Assembly (NCBI GenBank): GCA_963836075.1
Contig: CAWIIB010000009.1
Span: forward strand, 2,208,311 to 2,272,310
DNA: 64,000 bases
From: an uncultured Acidobacteriota bacterium
GTDB taxonomy: Bacteria; Acidobacteriota; JAQAZP01
Reading direction: 5' to 3'
Shown in pieces: positions 9,339 to 18,796 of the stretch. Made by a program: the position numbers and the translations under genes. A model generated the notes under the pieces. That model made no database searches. It was not told the DNA's origin and was given only the letters and a program-made list of their open reading frames with translations. The first letter of the stretch is position 1. Every line of letters begins with the position of its first letter.

Positions 9339-9859
9339 TGGCCGTCGTCCCCGGGGTCGGCCACCAGGCGGTGGATGCGGTCCAGGGCCTCCGACCGCAG
9401 CTCGTTCTCACCGGGGGCGCCGCTGGCCCGGAGGACCCGCTCCAGGTGGGCCACCTTCCGTTCGGTGCGCACCTGTTCCAGCAACAGGTGGTGGACCACG
9501 GTGCGCAGGTAGGTGTTGATCTCGGCCTGGCGGTAGACCAGCGGGTTCCCCAGCGCCACGCCGCAGCGTCTCATCACCTTCTTGACCCAGCCCACGGCCC
9601 GGCCGGCAATCCCGGCCCGGTGGCTGGCCATGGCGAACCGGCCGGTGAGGTTCCACTGCTCACCGTCCAGCCGCATCTCCTCCAGCAGGGCCGGCCTGAT
9701 CCGGGTCTCGGTGATCAGTGCTTCCAGACGCCCGGCCACCGCGGCTTCCTCCTCCTCGGGAGTGGGGACGGCGCCGCCGCTCTCACGGATCAGCCGGCGG
9801 ATGGCCTCCATCAGGGCGGACACGTCAGGGTGCTGGTATTCGGGTGGTTCTGCGGTCAT
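9335..9859 (-). CDS. Hypothetical protein (174 aa), in operon between UbiA-like prenyltransferase and glycosyltransferase
   Basis: ATG at 9859 (rc), ends 9335 overlapping GT start by ATGA; upstream 5' extension of ORF track (9335..10726) is an out-of-frame Pro/Arg-rich artefact overlapping the UbiA gene. Confidence 0.55.
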   Translation of the reverse strand: MTAEPPEYQHPDVSALMEAIRRLIRESGGAVPTPEEEEAAVAGRLEALITETRIRPALLEEMRLDGEQWNLTGRFAMASHRAGIAGRAVGWVKKVMRRCGVALGNPLVYRQAEINTYLRTVVHHLLLEQVRTERKVAHLERVLRASGAPGENELRSEALDRIHRLVADPGDDGQ

Positions 9860-9873
9860 GGTCCGGTCATCCG

Positions 9874-10764
9874 TCAAAAAATGTGGGCCAGTCTGGACCA
9901 GTAGATGATCAGGATCACGGTGCTGGTCCAGAGCAGGATATTGATCAGCAGCGGGCGGTCGGTGAGCAGGGTCAGCGAGGGGTTGCCTCCGTGCTCCTTC
10001 TGGTGGATCAGGTAGAGATAGCGAAAAATGCCGTAAATCACAAAGGGGATGGTCAGGTGCAGCTGCGTGGTGTTGAACTTCTGTATTGTCTCGTCGGCCA
10101 TGGTGTAGAGCGCGTAGGCCATCAGCGTGGAGGCGGTGACCACGGCGATCATCTGGTCCAGCAGGTAGGGGCTGTACTCGTCGAGGATCTGGCGATGGCC
10201 AGTGGCCGAGTCGGCCAGCTTGACCAGCTCGTCCCGCCGCTTGCAGAGCCCGAGGAAGAGGGCCAGCAGGATGGTGCAGACCAGCAGCCAGGCGGAGATC
10301 CGCACGTTGATGACCACCGCGCCGGCGATGGCCCGCAGCACGAAACCGACGGCGATGAGCAGGACGTCGAGGATGACGATGTTTTTCAGGTAGAGGGAGT
10401 AGGAGAGAAAAAGCAGCAGGTAGACCAGGCAGACCAGGAAAAAGCCGGTATCCAGGGCCCAGGCGGCGGACAGCGCCACCACCGTGATCACCGCCGCGGT
10501 GGTCATGGCGGCCCGCGGGCTGAGCAGACCGGCGGCGATGGGCCGCTCGCACTTCACCGGGTGGATCCGGTCCCGCTCCATGTCGCAGACGTCGTTGATC
10601 AGGTAGACGGCGCTGGAGAGCAGGCAGAAAACGGCAAAGGCCGCGATGGCGGTGAGCAGGCTGGGCACGTGGAACAGACTGGCCGAAAAGACCAGGCCGG
10701 CGAAGATGACCAGGTTCTTGGCCCACTGCTTGGGACGCAGCGAGGTGACGATGTGTTTGAGCAT
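9874..10764 (-). CDS. UbiA-family prenyltransferase, decaprenyl-phosphate phosphoribosyltransferase (DPPR synthase)-like
   Basis: MLKHIVTSLRPKQWAKNLVIFAGLVFS..., NDVCDMERDRIHP (Asp-rich motif), 8-9 TM helices; true start ATG at 10764 (ORF track 11109 start is a spurious extension). Confidence 0.8.
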   Translation of the reverse strand: MLKHIVTSLRPKQWAKNLVIFAGLVFSASLFHVPSLLTAIAAFAVFCLLSSAVYLINDVCDMERDRIHPVKCERPIAAGLLSPRAAMTTAAVITVVALSAAWALDTGFFLVCLVYLLLFLSYSLYLKNIVILDVLLIAVGFVLRAIAGAVVINVRISAWLLVCTILLALFLGLCKRRDELVKLADSATGHRQILDEYSPYLLDQMIAVVTASTLMAYALYTMADETIQKFNTTQLHLTIPFVIYGIFRYLYLIHQKEHGGNPSLTLLTDRPLLINILLWTSTVILIIYWSRLAHIF

Positions 10765-11047
10765 GAACAGGATGCCTGGGTTCTGTCGGTTATGCGTTCC
10801 TCGAAACGATATTTTATGCTCAAAGTCGTTTCCTCGCAATGCTACCCTGAACGGTCCCCGGGCTGTTGCCTCTTCGCTCCGGTCGCGAAACGCTCCGACG
10901 TCGCTCCCAGGCATCAGCCCGAGGACCATGACACAGAACCGGCAGAAGAATGGGGCCTGATCCCATTCTGTTTTATTCTTGTTTTTGGACATTTTCACAC
11001 GACGATTTGGGCTATTCCCGGGGCTTGTGTATCTTTTCACAAGTTCG

Positions 11048-11076
11048 TTGACACCCCTTGGGCGGTGTGCTAGATT
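11048..11076 (+). promoter_or_regulatory. Candidate sigma70 promoter of nuo operon (TTGACA -17- TAGATT)
   Basis: TTGACA 11048-11053, 17-nt spacer, TAGATT 11071-11076, about 90 nt upstream of nuoA ATG. Confidence 0.35.
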
Positions 11077-11096
11077 TCCGGTGTCCTGAAGTTTTT

Positions 11097-11132
11097 GCGC
11101 CCGGCGCATCTGTCGGGCGCTCCTTTTTTATT
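11097..11132 (+). terminator. Intrinsic-terminator-like hairpin + U-tract inside the nuo 5' leader (possible attenuator)
   Basis: GCGCCCG-gcgcatctgt-CGGGCGC followed by TCCTTTTTTATT. Confidence 0.3.
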
Positions 11133-11162
11133 GCCCATGCTGGCTTAGGACAGGCCGCTCTG

Positions 11163-11519
11163 ATGCTCACTGAGTTCCTTCCCATAGGTGTGGTTTTGCT
11201 GCTCGGCGTCCTTGTGGCTGCCGGCCTGCTGCTGGTCTCCAATCTCCTGGGCCAGAAGAAGCCAAGCCCTGCCAAAAACGCAGTTTACGAGTGTGGTGTC
11301 CCGCTGGTCGAGGGTGCCCGCAAGCGTTATCCGATCAAATTCTTTCTCATTGCCATGATGTTCATCCTCTTCGACATAGAAGTGGCGTTCCTCTTCCCCT
11401 GGGCCGTGGTCTTCCGCAAACTGGGCCTCTTCGGGTTCGTGGAAATGGCCGTCTTCGTCGCCATTCTCCTGGTGGGCTTTGTTTACATCTGGAGCAAGGG
11501 AGGCCTGGAATGGGAATAG
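11163..11519 (+). CDS. nuoA: NADH-quinone oxidoreductase subunit A
   Basis: 118 aa, 3 TM; ...[40 protein letters not shown]. Confidence 0.9.
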   Translation: MLTEFLPIGVVLLLGVLVAAGLLLVSNLLGQKKPSPAKNAVYECGVPLVEGARKRYPIKFFLIAMMFILFDIEVAFLFPWAVVFRKLGLFGFVEMAVFVAILLVGFVYIWSKGGLEWE

Positions 11520-12079
11520 AAACCATCGGTGGTGACTCCTTTGTCACCACGACCATCGACGCGGTGGCCAACTGGGGCCGCAAGAACTCGCTCTGGCCCC
11601 TGCCTTTCGGCACGGCCTGCTGCGGCATCGAGATGATGTCGGGGCTGGCCTCCCGTTTCGACATCTCCCGCTTCGGCGCCGAGGTGGTCCGCTTCTCGCC
11701 GCGCCAGGCCGACCTGCTGATCGTGGCCGGCACCATCTGTATCAAAATGGCCCCGGTGATCCGCACCGTCTGGGAGCAGATGATGGAGCCCAAGTGGGTC
11801 ATCTCCATGGGGGCCTGCGCCTCCTCCGGCGGGATCTACAACACTTACAGCACGGTGCAGGGCGTGGACCACGTGATCCCGGTGGATATCTATATCCCCG
11901 GCTGCGCGCCGCGGCCCGAAGCGCTGCTGGACGGGCTGCTCAAACTGCAGGACAAGATCAAGGCCGAGACGGTGCAGGACCGCAAGAGCCTGCCGGCCGC
12001 TGAGCGGAAACGGATCATGGAAGAGGGCAGCAGGGAATCGGGCGAGGATTACACCGCCTGGCCCCGCAAACCCGAGTAG
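11510..12079 (+). CDS. nuoB: NADH-quinone oxidoreductase subunit B (20 kDa, N2 cluster)
   Basis: [12 protein letters not shown]..., [18 protein letters not shown] motifs; ATG 11510 overlaps nuoA end. Confidence 0.9.
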   Translation: MGIETIGGDSFVTTTIDAVANWGRKNSLWPLPFGTACCGIEMMSGLASRFDISRFGAEVVRFSPRQADLLIVAGTICIKMAPVIRTVWEQMMEPKWVISMGACASSGGIYNTYSTVQGVDHVIPVDIYIPGCAPRPEALLDGLLKLQDKIKAETVQDRKSLPAAERKRIMEEGSRESGEDYTAWPRKPE

Positions 12080-12084
12080 GACCA

Positions 12085-12615
12085 ATGGAACTGGCGACAA
12101 TCGTCGACAAACTGAGAGAAGCGCTGCCCGAGGCGGTACTGGCCAGCCGCGAAGGGTTCGGTGACACCACCCTCACCGTGCACCCGCCGGCGATCCGTGA
12201 GGTCTGCCGCTGGCTGAAGGAGAACCCCGAGGCGCCCTTCAACCTCTTTCTCGATGTCTGCGGCCAGGACCGCTTCCCCAAAGAGCCGCGGTTCCGTGTG
12301 ATCTACCACCTCTACGCCTTCCCGGCCAACCTGCGGCTGCGCCTGGAGGTGGAGGTTGATTCCGACACTCTTGAAATCGATTCGGTGGTCCCGGTCTGGA
12401 GGGGCGCCGAATGGTTCGAGCGCGAGGTGTTCGACATGTACGGGGTCCGTTTTGCCGGCCACCCCGACCTGCGCCGGCTCCTCTCGCCCGACGGATACGG
12501 CGATCACCCGATGCGCAAGGACTTCCCCCTGGAGGGCAAGTTCCGCATCGAATCCCCCGATGATCTGCATCCCTGGGAAACAGGGCGCCCCGGCGGCGGC
12601 AAAGGGGGAGCGTAG
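12085..12615 (+). CDS. nuoC: NADH-quinone oxidoreductase subunit C (30 kDa)
   Basis: 176 aa; ...GAEWFEREVFDMYGVRFAGHPDLRRLL. Confidence 0.9.
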   Translation: MELATIVDKLREALPEAVLASREGFGDTTLTVHPPAIREVCRWLKENPEAPFNLFLDVCGQDRFPKEPRFRVIYHLYAFPANLRLRLEVEVDSDTLEIDSVVPVWRGAEWFEREVFDMYGVRFAGHPDLRRLLSPDGYGDHPMRKDFPLEGKFRIESPDDLHPWETGRPGGGKGGA

Positions 12616-12622
12616 GGTACTG

Positions 12623-13822
12623 ATGCGCGTAGACGTTGAACAGCAAGAGGGCATGCCTTCCGACCGGATGGTTCTCAATCTCGGCCCGTCGCACCCGGCG
12701 ATGCACGGCACGCTGCGCGTGGTGGTGGAGCTGGAAGGGGAGATCATCAAGAAGGCCACCCCGGAGATCGGCTACCTGCACCGCGGGATGGAAAAGCTCT
12801 CCGAGCACCGCACCTACCCGCAGATCCTGCCGCTCACCGACCGGCTGAACTACGTCTCGGCCCTGATGAACAACATCGGCTACATCATGGCCGTGGAGAA
12901 ACTGCTGGGTATCGAGGTCACCCCGCGGGCCCAGCGGGTGCGGCTGATCCTCTGCGAACTGTCGCGCATCGCCGATCACGCGGTCTGCGTGGGGATCAAT
13001 GCCGTGGACATCGGGGCCATGACCCCCTTCCTCTACATCTACCAGCAGCGCGAGATCATCTACGACATCTTCGAGAAACTCACCGGGGCCCGGCTGCACT
13101 ATACCTACCCCCGGGTGGGCGGAATGGCCGATGACCTTTACCCCGGTTTCGAGGACGAGGTCAGGGCCTTCATGGAAGGCTTCCCCAAACCGCTGGAAGA
13201 CCTGGAAGCCTTGCTCTCCCGCAACCGCATCTGGGTCGACCGGACCCGGGACGTGGGAAAAATCAGCGCCGAAGACGCCCTGGACTACGGTTTCACCGGG
13301 CCCTGTCTCCGTGCGGCCGGCGTACCCTATGACATCAGGCGCGACCGGCCCTACCTCGGCTACGAGGACTTCGACTTCAAGGTGCCGGTGGGGACCAACG
13401 GCGACATCTACGACCGCTACCTGGTGCGTATCGAGGAGATGCGCCAGAGCCTGGAGATCGTGCGCCAGGCCATCGAGGGCATCCCCGAGGGGCCGATCAA
13501 TATCGACGATCCCAAGCTCTTCCTGCCGGAGAAGAAGCTGGTCTACAGCCAGATGGAAGAGCTGATCCACCACTTCAAGATCATCATGCACGGTGTGCAG
13601 CCGCCCAAGGGCGAGTGTTACTTCAGCACCGAGGCGGCCAATGGTGAACTGGGGTTCTACATCGCCAGCGAGGGCGGGCCCAAGCCGGACCGCCTGCACA
13701 TCCGTGGGCCATGTTTCGCTATTTACCAGGCGTTCCCCAAAATGATCGAGGGCCGGTTCATCGCCGACGTCATCGGTATCCTGGGCAGCCTGAACATTAT
13801 CGCCGGAGAGCTTGACCGTTGA
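12623..13822 (+). CDS. nuoD: NADH-quinone oxidoreductase subunit D (49 kDa)
   Basis: MVLNLGPSHPAMHGTLRVVVELEGE..., HRGMEKL; true ATG 12623 (ORF track start 12356 is spurious extension overlapping nuoC). Confidence 0.9.
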   Translation: MRVDVEQQEGMPSDRMVLNLGPSHPAMHGTLRVVVELEGEIIKKATPEIGYLHRGMEKLSEHRTYPQILPLTDRLNYVSALMNNIGYIMAVEKLLGIEVTPRAQRVRLILCELSRIADHAVCVGINAVDIGAMTPFLYIYQQREIIYDIFEKLTGARLHYTYPRVGGMADDLYPGFEDEVRAFMEGFPKPLEDLEALLSRNRIWVDRTRDVGKISAEDALDYGFTGPCLRAAGVPYDIRRDRPYLGYEDFDFKVPVGTNGDIYDRYLVRIEEMRQSLEIVRQAIEGIPEGPINIDDPKLFLPEKKLVYSQMEELIHHFKIIMHGVQPPKGECYFSTEAANGELGFYIASEGGPKPDRLHIRGPCFAIYQAFPKMIEGRFIADVIGILGSLNIIAGELDR

Positions 13823-14316
13823 GCGAGAGTGACAGACAACCGACCGACGCCGGCTGGAGCGCCGAGACCGACGAGCTGATCTCGCGGCTGCTGGGCAACT
13901 ACCCGGACAGGATGGCCGCCCTGCTGCCGGTGCTCACCGCCGTGCAGCGGGAGAAGAACTGGCTTTCCCTGGCCACCATGGACCTGATTGCCGAGCGTCT
14001 GGAGCTGAGCAAGCGGCACGTTTACGGCGTGGCCACCTTCTACACCATGTACAACACCGAGCCGGTGGGGAAGTGGCACCTGCAGCTGTGCCAGAACCTC
14101 TCCTGCTCGCTGGTGGGCGGGGTGCAGATCCTGGCGCACCTGGAGAAGAAACTGGGCATCGGCACCGGGCAGACCACCGCCGACAAGCGGTTCACCCTGA
14201 CCACGGTGGAGTGCCTGGGCTCCTGCGGCACCGGGCCGGTGCTGCAGATCAACGACGTCTATCACGAAAACCTGACCATCGAGAAGGTGGATGAGATACT
14301 GGAGGGCCTGGATTGA
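13819..14316 (+). CDS. nuoE: NADH-quinone oxidoreductase subunit E (24 kDa, 2Fe-2S)
   Basis: ...LQLCQNLSCSLVGG...ECLGSCGTGPVLQIND; TTG start overlapping nuoD stop. Confidence 0.85.
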   Translation: MSESDRQPTDAGWSAETDELISRLLGNYPDRMAALLPVLTAVQREKNWLSLATMDLIAERLELSKRHVYGVATFYTMYNTEPVGKWHLQLCQNLSCSLVGGVQILAHLEKKLGIGTGQTTADKRFTLTTVECLGSCGTGPVLQINDVYHENLTIEKVDEILEGLD

Positions 14317-15644
14317 CCCGCAACGCGGGGACCCGGGCACCGGGAATCATGGCTGAAGAACTGATCCTGCTGAAAAACGACGGCAACCCGGACGCGCGGG
14401 CCCTGAGCTTCTACAAGGCCGGCGGCGGGTACCAGGCGCTGGAAAAGGCGCTGGGCATGCAGCCGGACGAGATCACCGAAGAGGTGAAGAAGGCCGGAGT
14501 GCGGGGCCGCGGCGGCGCCGGGTTCCCGGCAGGGGTCAAGTGGGGCTTCGTGCCCAAGGAAGCGCCAAAGCCGAAGTATCTCTGCTGCAACGCCGACGAG
14601 GGCGAGCCGGGCACCTTCAAGGACCGGGCGCTGATGGAGTGGGACCCGCACATGCTGATCGAGGGCATGGCCATCGCCTGCTTCGCCATCGGCATCCATA
14701 CCGCCTATATCTATATCCGCGGCGAGTTCCACTGGATCACCCTGATCCTGGAAAAGGCCATCGAGGAGGCCCGGGAGGCCAACCTGCTGGGCAAAAACAT
14801 CCTCGGCAGCGGTTTCGACTGCGAGATCTACGTCCACGAGGGTGCCGGCGCCTACATCTGCGGCGAGGAAACCGCACTGATCGAGTCCCTCGAGGGCAAG
14901 CGGGGCCAGCCGCGCCTCAAGCCCCCCTTCCCGGCGGTGGTGGGCGTCTTCGGCGGGCCGACGGTGGTGAACAACGTGGAGACGCTCTGTTGCGTGCCGC
15001 ACATCATCACCCGCGGCGCCGACTGGTTCACCTCCATCGGTCCCGAGCGCAACGCCGGGCCGAAGATCTTCCCGGTGAGCGGCCACGTGCGCAAGCCCGG
15101 CAACTACGAGCTGCCCATGGGCACGCCGCTGCGCGAGATCATCTACGATGTCTGCGGCGGCATCCCCGGTGACCGCAAGCTGAAAGCGGTGATCCCGGGC
15201 GGGTCGTCCACACCGGTGCTCAGCGCCGACGAAGTGGACGTCAAGATGGACTTCGACAGCCTGGCCGCCATCGGCTCCATGTTCGGCGCCGGCTCGATCA
15301 TCGTCATGGACGACAGCACCTGCATGGTGCGGGCACTGATGGTGCTGACCCGTTTTTATGCCCACGAGTCGTGCGGCCAGTGCACGCCGTGCCGCGAGGG
15401 CGTTCCCTGGATGTATGACATCATCAAACGCATCATGCGCGGCGAGGGCAAACCCGAAGATCCCGACCTGCTGCTGGATATCTGTGTCAACATCGAGGGC
15501 AACACCATCTGCCCCCTGGGTGATGCGGCGGTGGGTCCGGTGCGCAGCTTCATCCAGAAATTCAGAAACGAGTTCGACCATTACATCGAAACCGGGAAGT
15601 CGCTGGTTGGCGACGGCGGTTTCGATTTTCGCCCGGGAGACTGA
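14313..15644 (+). CDS. nuoF: NADH-quinone oxidoreductase subunit F (51 kDa, FMN/NADH binding); alternative start ATG 14349
   Basis: GRGGAGFPAGVKW (FMN site), CGQCTPCREG (4Fe-4S); GGAGGG RBS 6 nt before TTG 14313. Confidence 0.9.
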   Translation: MTRNAGTRAPGIMAEELILLKNDGNPDARALSFYKAGGGYQALEKALGMQPDEITEEVKKAGVRGRGGAGFPAGVKWGFVPKEAPKPKYLCCNADEGEPGTFKDRALMEWDPHMLIEGMAIACFAIGIHTAYIYIRGEFHWITLILEKAIEEAREANLLGKNILGSGFDCEIYVHEGAGAYICGEETALIESLEGKRGQPRLKPPFPAVVGVFGGPTVVNNVETLCCVPHIITRGADWFTSIGPERNAGPKIFPVSGHVRKPGNYELPMGTPLREIIYDVCGGIPGDRKLKAVIPGGSSTPVLSADEVDVKMDFDSLAAIGSMFGAGSIIVMDDSTCMVRALMVLTRFYAHESCGQCTPCREGVPWMYDIIKRIMRGEGKPEDPDLLLDICVNIEGNTICPLGDAAVGPVRSFIQKFRNEFDHYIETGKSLVGDGGFDFRPGD

Positions 15645-15647
15645 GCG

Positions 15648-17207
15648 GTGGCAACGATCACCATCAACGGACAGCAGGTTGAAGTGGCCAACGACGCCAC
15701 GATCATGAAGGCGGCGGAGAAGCTCGGGGTCTACATCCCCCATTTCTGCTACCACCCCGGCCTGTCCATCGCCGGCAACTGCCGGATGTGCCTGGTGGAG
15801 GTGGAAGGTGCGCCCAAACTGCTGGCCTCCTGCTGCTCACCGGTGCGTGACGGCATGGTGGTGCTGACCGAATCGGAGAAGGTGGTCAAGGCCCGCAAGG
15901 GAATCATGGAGTTCCTGCTGATCAACCACCCGCTGGACTGCCCGATCTGCGACCAGGCCGGCGAGTGCGTGCTGCAGGACTACAGCTACGACTACGGCGA
16001 CGGCCACAGCCGCTACAGCGAAGAGCGGCAGCGGCACGAGCGGGAAAATGTCGGCAGCACCATGGTGCGCGACATGAACCGCTGTATCGCCTGCACCCGC
16101 TGTGTGAGGTTCTTCCAGGAAGTCACCGGCGAAGACGAATACAACGTATACCTGCGGGGCGGGCACACCGAGGTGGGCACCTATGGCGACCACGAGATCG
16201 GCACCAAATTCATCGGCAACGCCGCCGAGATCTGTCCGGTGGGGGCGCTGACCCTGCGTGATTCCCGTTTCAAGTGCCGGCAGTGGCTCTTCGAACAGGC
16301 CGAATCGGTTTGCCCCTATTGCGCCAACGGCTGCCGTATCGAGATCGACTACCACAAGGACGTGCTGCACCGCTTCCGCAGCCGACCCGACCCGGAGAAG
16401 GACCGCTGGTGGATTTGCGACGAGGGCCGCTTCGGCTTCCACCGCCTCAACGACCGGGAAGCGCGGCTGAGCAAGCCGATGATCCGCCGCGACGGCACGT
16501 TGGTGGAAGTGAGTTGGGACGGAGCCTTCGCCTACATCGCCCAGCGGCTGAAGACCCTGGCCGCCGCCGACGCCACGACCCTGGCCGTCGGCTCGGGCCA
16601 CTGCTCCAACGAGGACAACTACGCGCTGAAGCGTTTTGCCAACCAGTGCCTGAACACCGACGCGGTGCGCTTCAAGTCATGGCCGCCGCCCTGGGTCACA
16701 CCCGGCGAGAAGGACCCGAAGGACCTGTTCATCGAGCCGGACAAGTCGGCCAACGGCACCGGCGCCCGCCGCCTGGGCCTGGAGCCCGACCCGGGCCTGG
16801 CCAAAACCTGGGACGAGCTGGCCGCCGGCGCCTTCCAGGTACTCTACGTCATGGGCGCCGACCTGCTGCGCGGCGACCCGGACAATCCCCGGGACCCCAA
16901 GGTGCTGGACAAACTGGGCCTGGTGGTGGTCCAGGACGTGTTCCGCAGCCCCACCACTGAGCTGGCCCACGTGGTGCTGCCGGCCCTGGCCTTCAGCGAG
17001 CGGCACGGCACCTACACCAACTGCCACGGCGAGGCCCAGGAATTCTTTGCCGGGCCGCACCCCTCGGGCAGCACGGCGATGGCCGACTGGGAGATCATCG
17101 CCCGGCTGGGCACCCACCTGGGGGACAGTTCCCCTGGACCGGGTTCCGCGAACTGCCCTGGCGCGAGGATTACAACGAGAGCGCGTAACAAGCGCGGACG
17201 GACCTAG
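15648..17207 (+). CDS. nuoG: NADH-quinone oxidoreductase subunit G (75 kDa, short form); probable 1-nt indel near 17113-17117 changes the last ~25 codons (alternative natural-looking end at 17189)
   Basis: 2Fe-2S CRMCLVEV, HPLDCPICDQAGEC, CIACTRCVRF clusters; alternative frame after CTGGGGG reads GQFPWTGFRELPWREDYNESA* instead of DSSPGPGSANCPGARITTRARNKRGRT*. Confidence 0.85.
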   Translation: MATITINGQQVEVANDATIMKAAEKLGVYIPHFCYHPGLSIAGNCRMCLVEVEGAPKLLASCCSPVRDGMVVLTESEKVVKARKGIMEFLLINHPLDCPICDQAGECVLQDYSYDYGDGHSRYSEERQRHERENVGSTMVRDMNRCIACTRCVRFFQEVTGEDEYNVYLRGGHTEVGTYGDHEIGTKFIGNAAEICPVGALTLRDSRFKCRQWLFEQAESVCPYCANGCRIEIDYHKDVLHRFRSRPDPEKDRWWICDEGRFGFHRLNDREARLSKPMIRRDGTLVEVSWDGAFAYIAQRLKTLAAADATTLAVGSGHCSNEDNYALKRFANQCLNTDAVRFKSWPPPWVTPGEKDPKDLFIEPDKSANGTGARRLGLEPDPGLAKTWDELAAGAFQVLYVMGADLLRGDPDNPRDPKVLDKLGLVVVQDVFRSPTTELAHVVLPALAFSERHGTYTNCHGEAQEFFAGPHPSGSTAMADWEIIARLGTHLGDSSPGPGSANCPGARITTRARNKRGRT

Positions 17208-18248
17208 ATGGATACCTTGACCGACATTCTGCTCTCCGACGCCGGCGTCACGGTGATCAAGGCGATGATCGTCTATTTCGCGGTGCTGATGACCGTGCCG
17301 GTGATGGTCTATATCGAGCGTCGCGGAGCCGGCCTGATCCAGGACCGCCTGGGGCCCAACCGGGTGGGGCCCTTCGGCCTGATCCAGCCGTTCGCCGACA
17401 TGGTCAAGCTGATGTTCAAGGAGGAGTTCATCCCCTTCAAGGCCAACCGCCTGCTCTACCTGGCGGCCCCGGCGCTGGCCCTGATCCCGGCGGGGATGAC
17501 CTTCGCCGTGATCCCCTTCGGCACCGAGATCACCATCGGCGGGATCAGCATCCCGCTGCGCGCCGCCGACCTCAACGTCGGCATCCTCTACATCTTCGCC
17601 CTGACCTCCCTGGGGGTCTACGGGATCATGATGGCCGGCTGGTCCTCGAACAACAAATACTCGCTGATGGGCGGCCTCCGTTCCTCGGCGCAGATGATCA
17701 GTTACGAACTGTCGATGACCCTGGCCGCGGTGGGGGTGATCATGGCTGCCGGTTCGCTGCGTCTCGGTGATATCGTCGAAGCCCAGACCCCGCTCTGGTT
17801 CTGCGTGCCGCTGTTCATCGGCTTCATCGTCTTCCTGGTGGCCAGTTTTGCCGAGACCAACCGGCTGCCCTTCGACATGCCCGAGGCGGAGAACGAACTG
17901 GTGGGCGGTTACCACACCGAATACAGCTCGATGCGCTTCGCCTCCTTCTTCATGGCCGAATACATCAACATGTTTGTCTCGGCCGGCTTGACGGTGACCC
18001 TCTTCCTCGGCGGCTACCGCTTCCCGCTGCAGCACCTGGTCACCGACCCGACCCTGCTCAGTCTTCTCCAGGTGGCGGCCTTCGTGGGCAAGATCGCCTT
18101 TCTGATGTGGTTCTTCGTCTGGATTCGCTGGACGCTGCCCCGGTTCCGCTACGACCAGCTGATGAAGCTGGGCTGGAAGGTGCTCTTCCCGCTGGCCCTG
18201 GCCAACGTCTTCATCACCGGGCTGCTGATCCTGCTCGGAGTGATATAG
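17208..18248 (+). CDS. nuoH: NADH-quinone oxidoreductase subunit H
   Basis: 346 aa, 8 TM; ...GLIQPFADMVKLMFKEE..., NRLPFDMPEAENELVGGYHTEYSSMRF. Confidence 0.9.
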   Translation: MDTLTDILLSDAGVTVIKAMIVYFAVLMTVPVMVYIERRGAGLIQDRLGPNRVGPFGLIQPFADMVKLMFKEEFIPFKANRLLYLAAPALALIPAGMTFAVIPFGTEITIGGISIPLRAADLNVGILYIFALTSLGVYGIMMAGWSSNNKYSLMGGLRSSAQMISYELSMTLAAVGVIMAAGSLRLGDIVEAQTPLWFCVPLFIGFIVFLVASFAETNRLPFDMPEAENELVGGYHTEYSSMRFASFFMAEYINMFVSAGLTVTLFLGGYRFPLQHLVTDPTLLSLLQVAAFVGKIAFLMWFFVWIRWTLPRFRYDQLMKLGWKVLFPLALANVFITGLLILLGVI

Positions 18249-18255
18249 GAAACCG

Positions 18256-18786
18256 ATGACCGGACCTGACGACAAAAAGAGGAAAAAGGACGTCCTGGTC
18301 AAGGAGTTCAAGCCGCTGACCTGGTGGGAGAAGCTCTACCTCCCCGCCGCCGTCAGCGGGCTGATCCTGACCATCCGTCACCTCTTCTTCAAGAAGAAAG
18401 TCACCGTGCAGTACCCGGAAGAGACGTTGCCGATCCACGACAATTTCCGGGCGCACCAGCGGCTGACCGTCCACGAGGACGGCCACGTCAAGTGCGTGGC
18501 CTGCTACATGTGCTCCACCGCCTGCCCGGCGGAGTGCATCCACATCGTGGCCCAGGAAGACCCGGACCCCGAAGTGGAGAAGGTGCCGCTCTCCTTCGAG
18601 ATCGACATGCTGCGCTGCATTTACTGCGGCTACTGCGAGGAGGCGTGCCCCAAGGACGCCATCGTCATGGGTACGCATTACGAGTTCTCGAATTACCAGC
18701 GGAAGAATTTCGACGTGGGCAAGGAAGAACTGGTCCACAAATACGACAGCGATCCCGGACGGAAGAGTAAAGTCGTAAAGAAGTAA
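18256..18786 (+). CDS. nuoI: NADH-quinone oxidoreductase subunit I (2x 4Fe-4S ferredoxin)
   Basis: CVACYMCSTACPAECI and CIYCGYCEEACPKDAI motifs. Confidence 0.9.
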   Translation: MTGPDDKKRKKDVLVKEFKPLTWWEKLYLPAAVSGLILTIRHLFFKKKVTVQYPEETLPIHDNFRAHQRLTVHEDGHVKCVACYMCSTACPAECIHIVAQEDPDPEVEKVPLSFEIDMLRCIYCGYCEEACPKDAIVMGTHYEFSNYQRKNFDVGKEELVHKYDSDPGRKSKVVKK

Positions 18787-18796
18787 GGGGAAGCCG

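Noticed and set aside
8136-9512. 458-aa plus-strand ORF
   Set aside because: Antisense to the GT4 glycosyltransferase gene (8163..9338), which has clear family motifs; the plus translation is low-complexity.
9860-10726. 5' two-thirds of ORF 9335..10726 (463 aa)
   Set aside because: Pro/Arg/His-rich translation overlapping the UbiA gene in another frame; the real gene begins at ATG 9859.
9718-11073. 451-aa plus-strand ORF
   Set aside because: Antisense to the UbiA-like gene; Gly/Asp/Gln/Arg-rich junk translation.
12239-13699. 486-aa minus-strand ORF
   Set aside because: Antisense to nuoC/nuoD.
14262-15755. 497-aa minus-strand ORF
   Set aside because: Antisense to nuoF.
16677-18311. 544-aa minus-strand ORF
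   Set aside because: Antisense to nuoG/nuoH.
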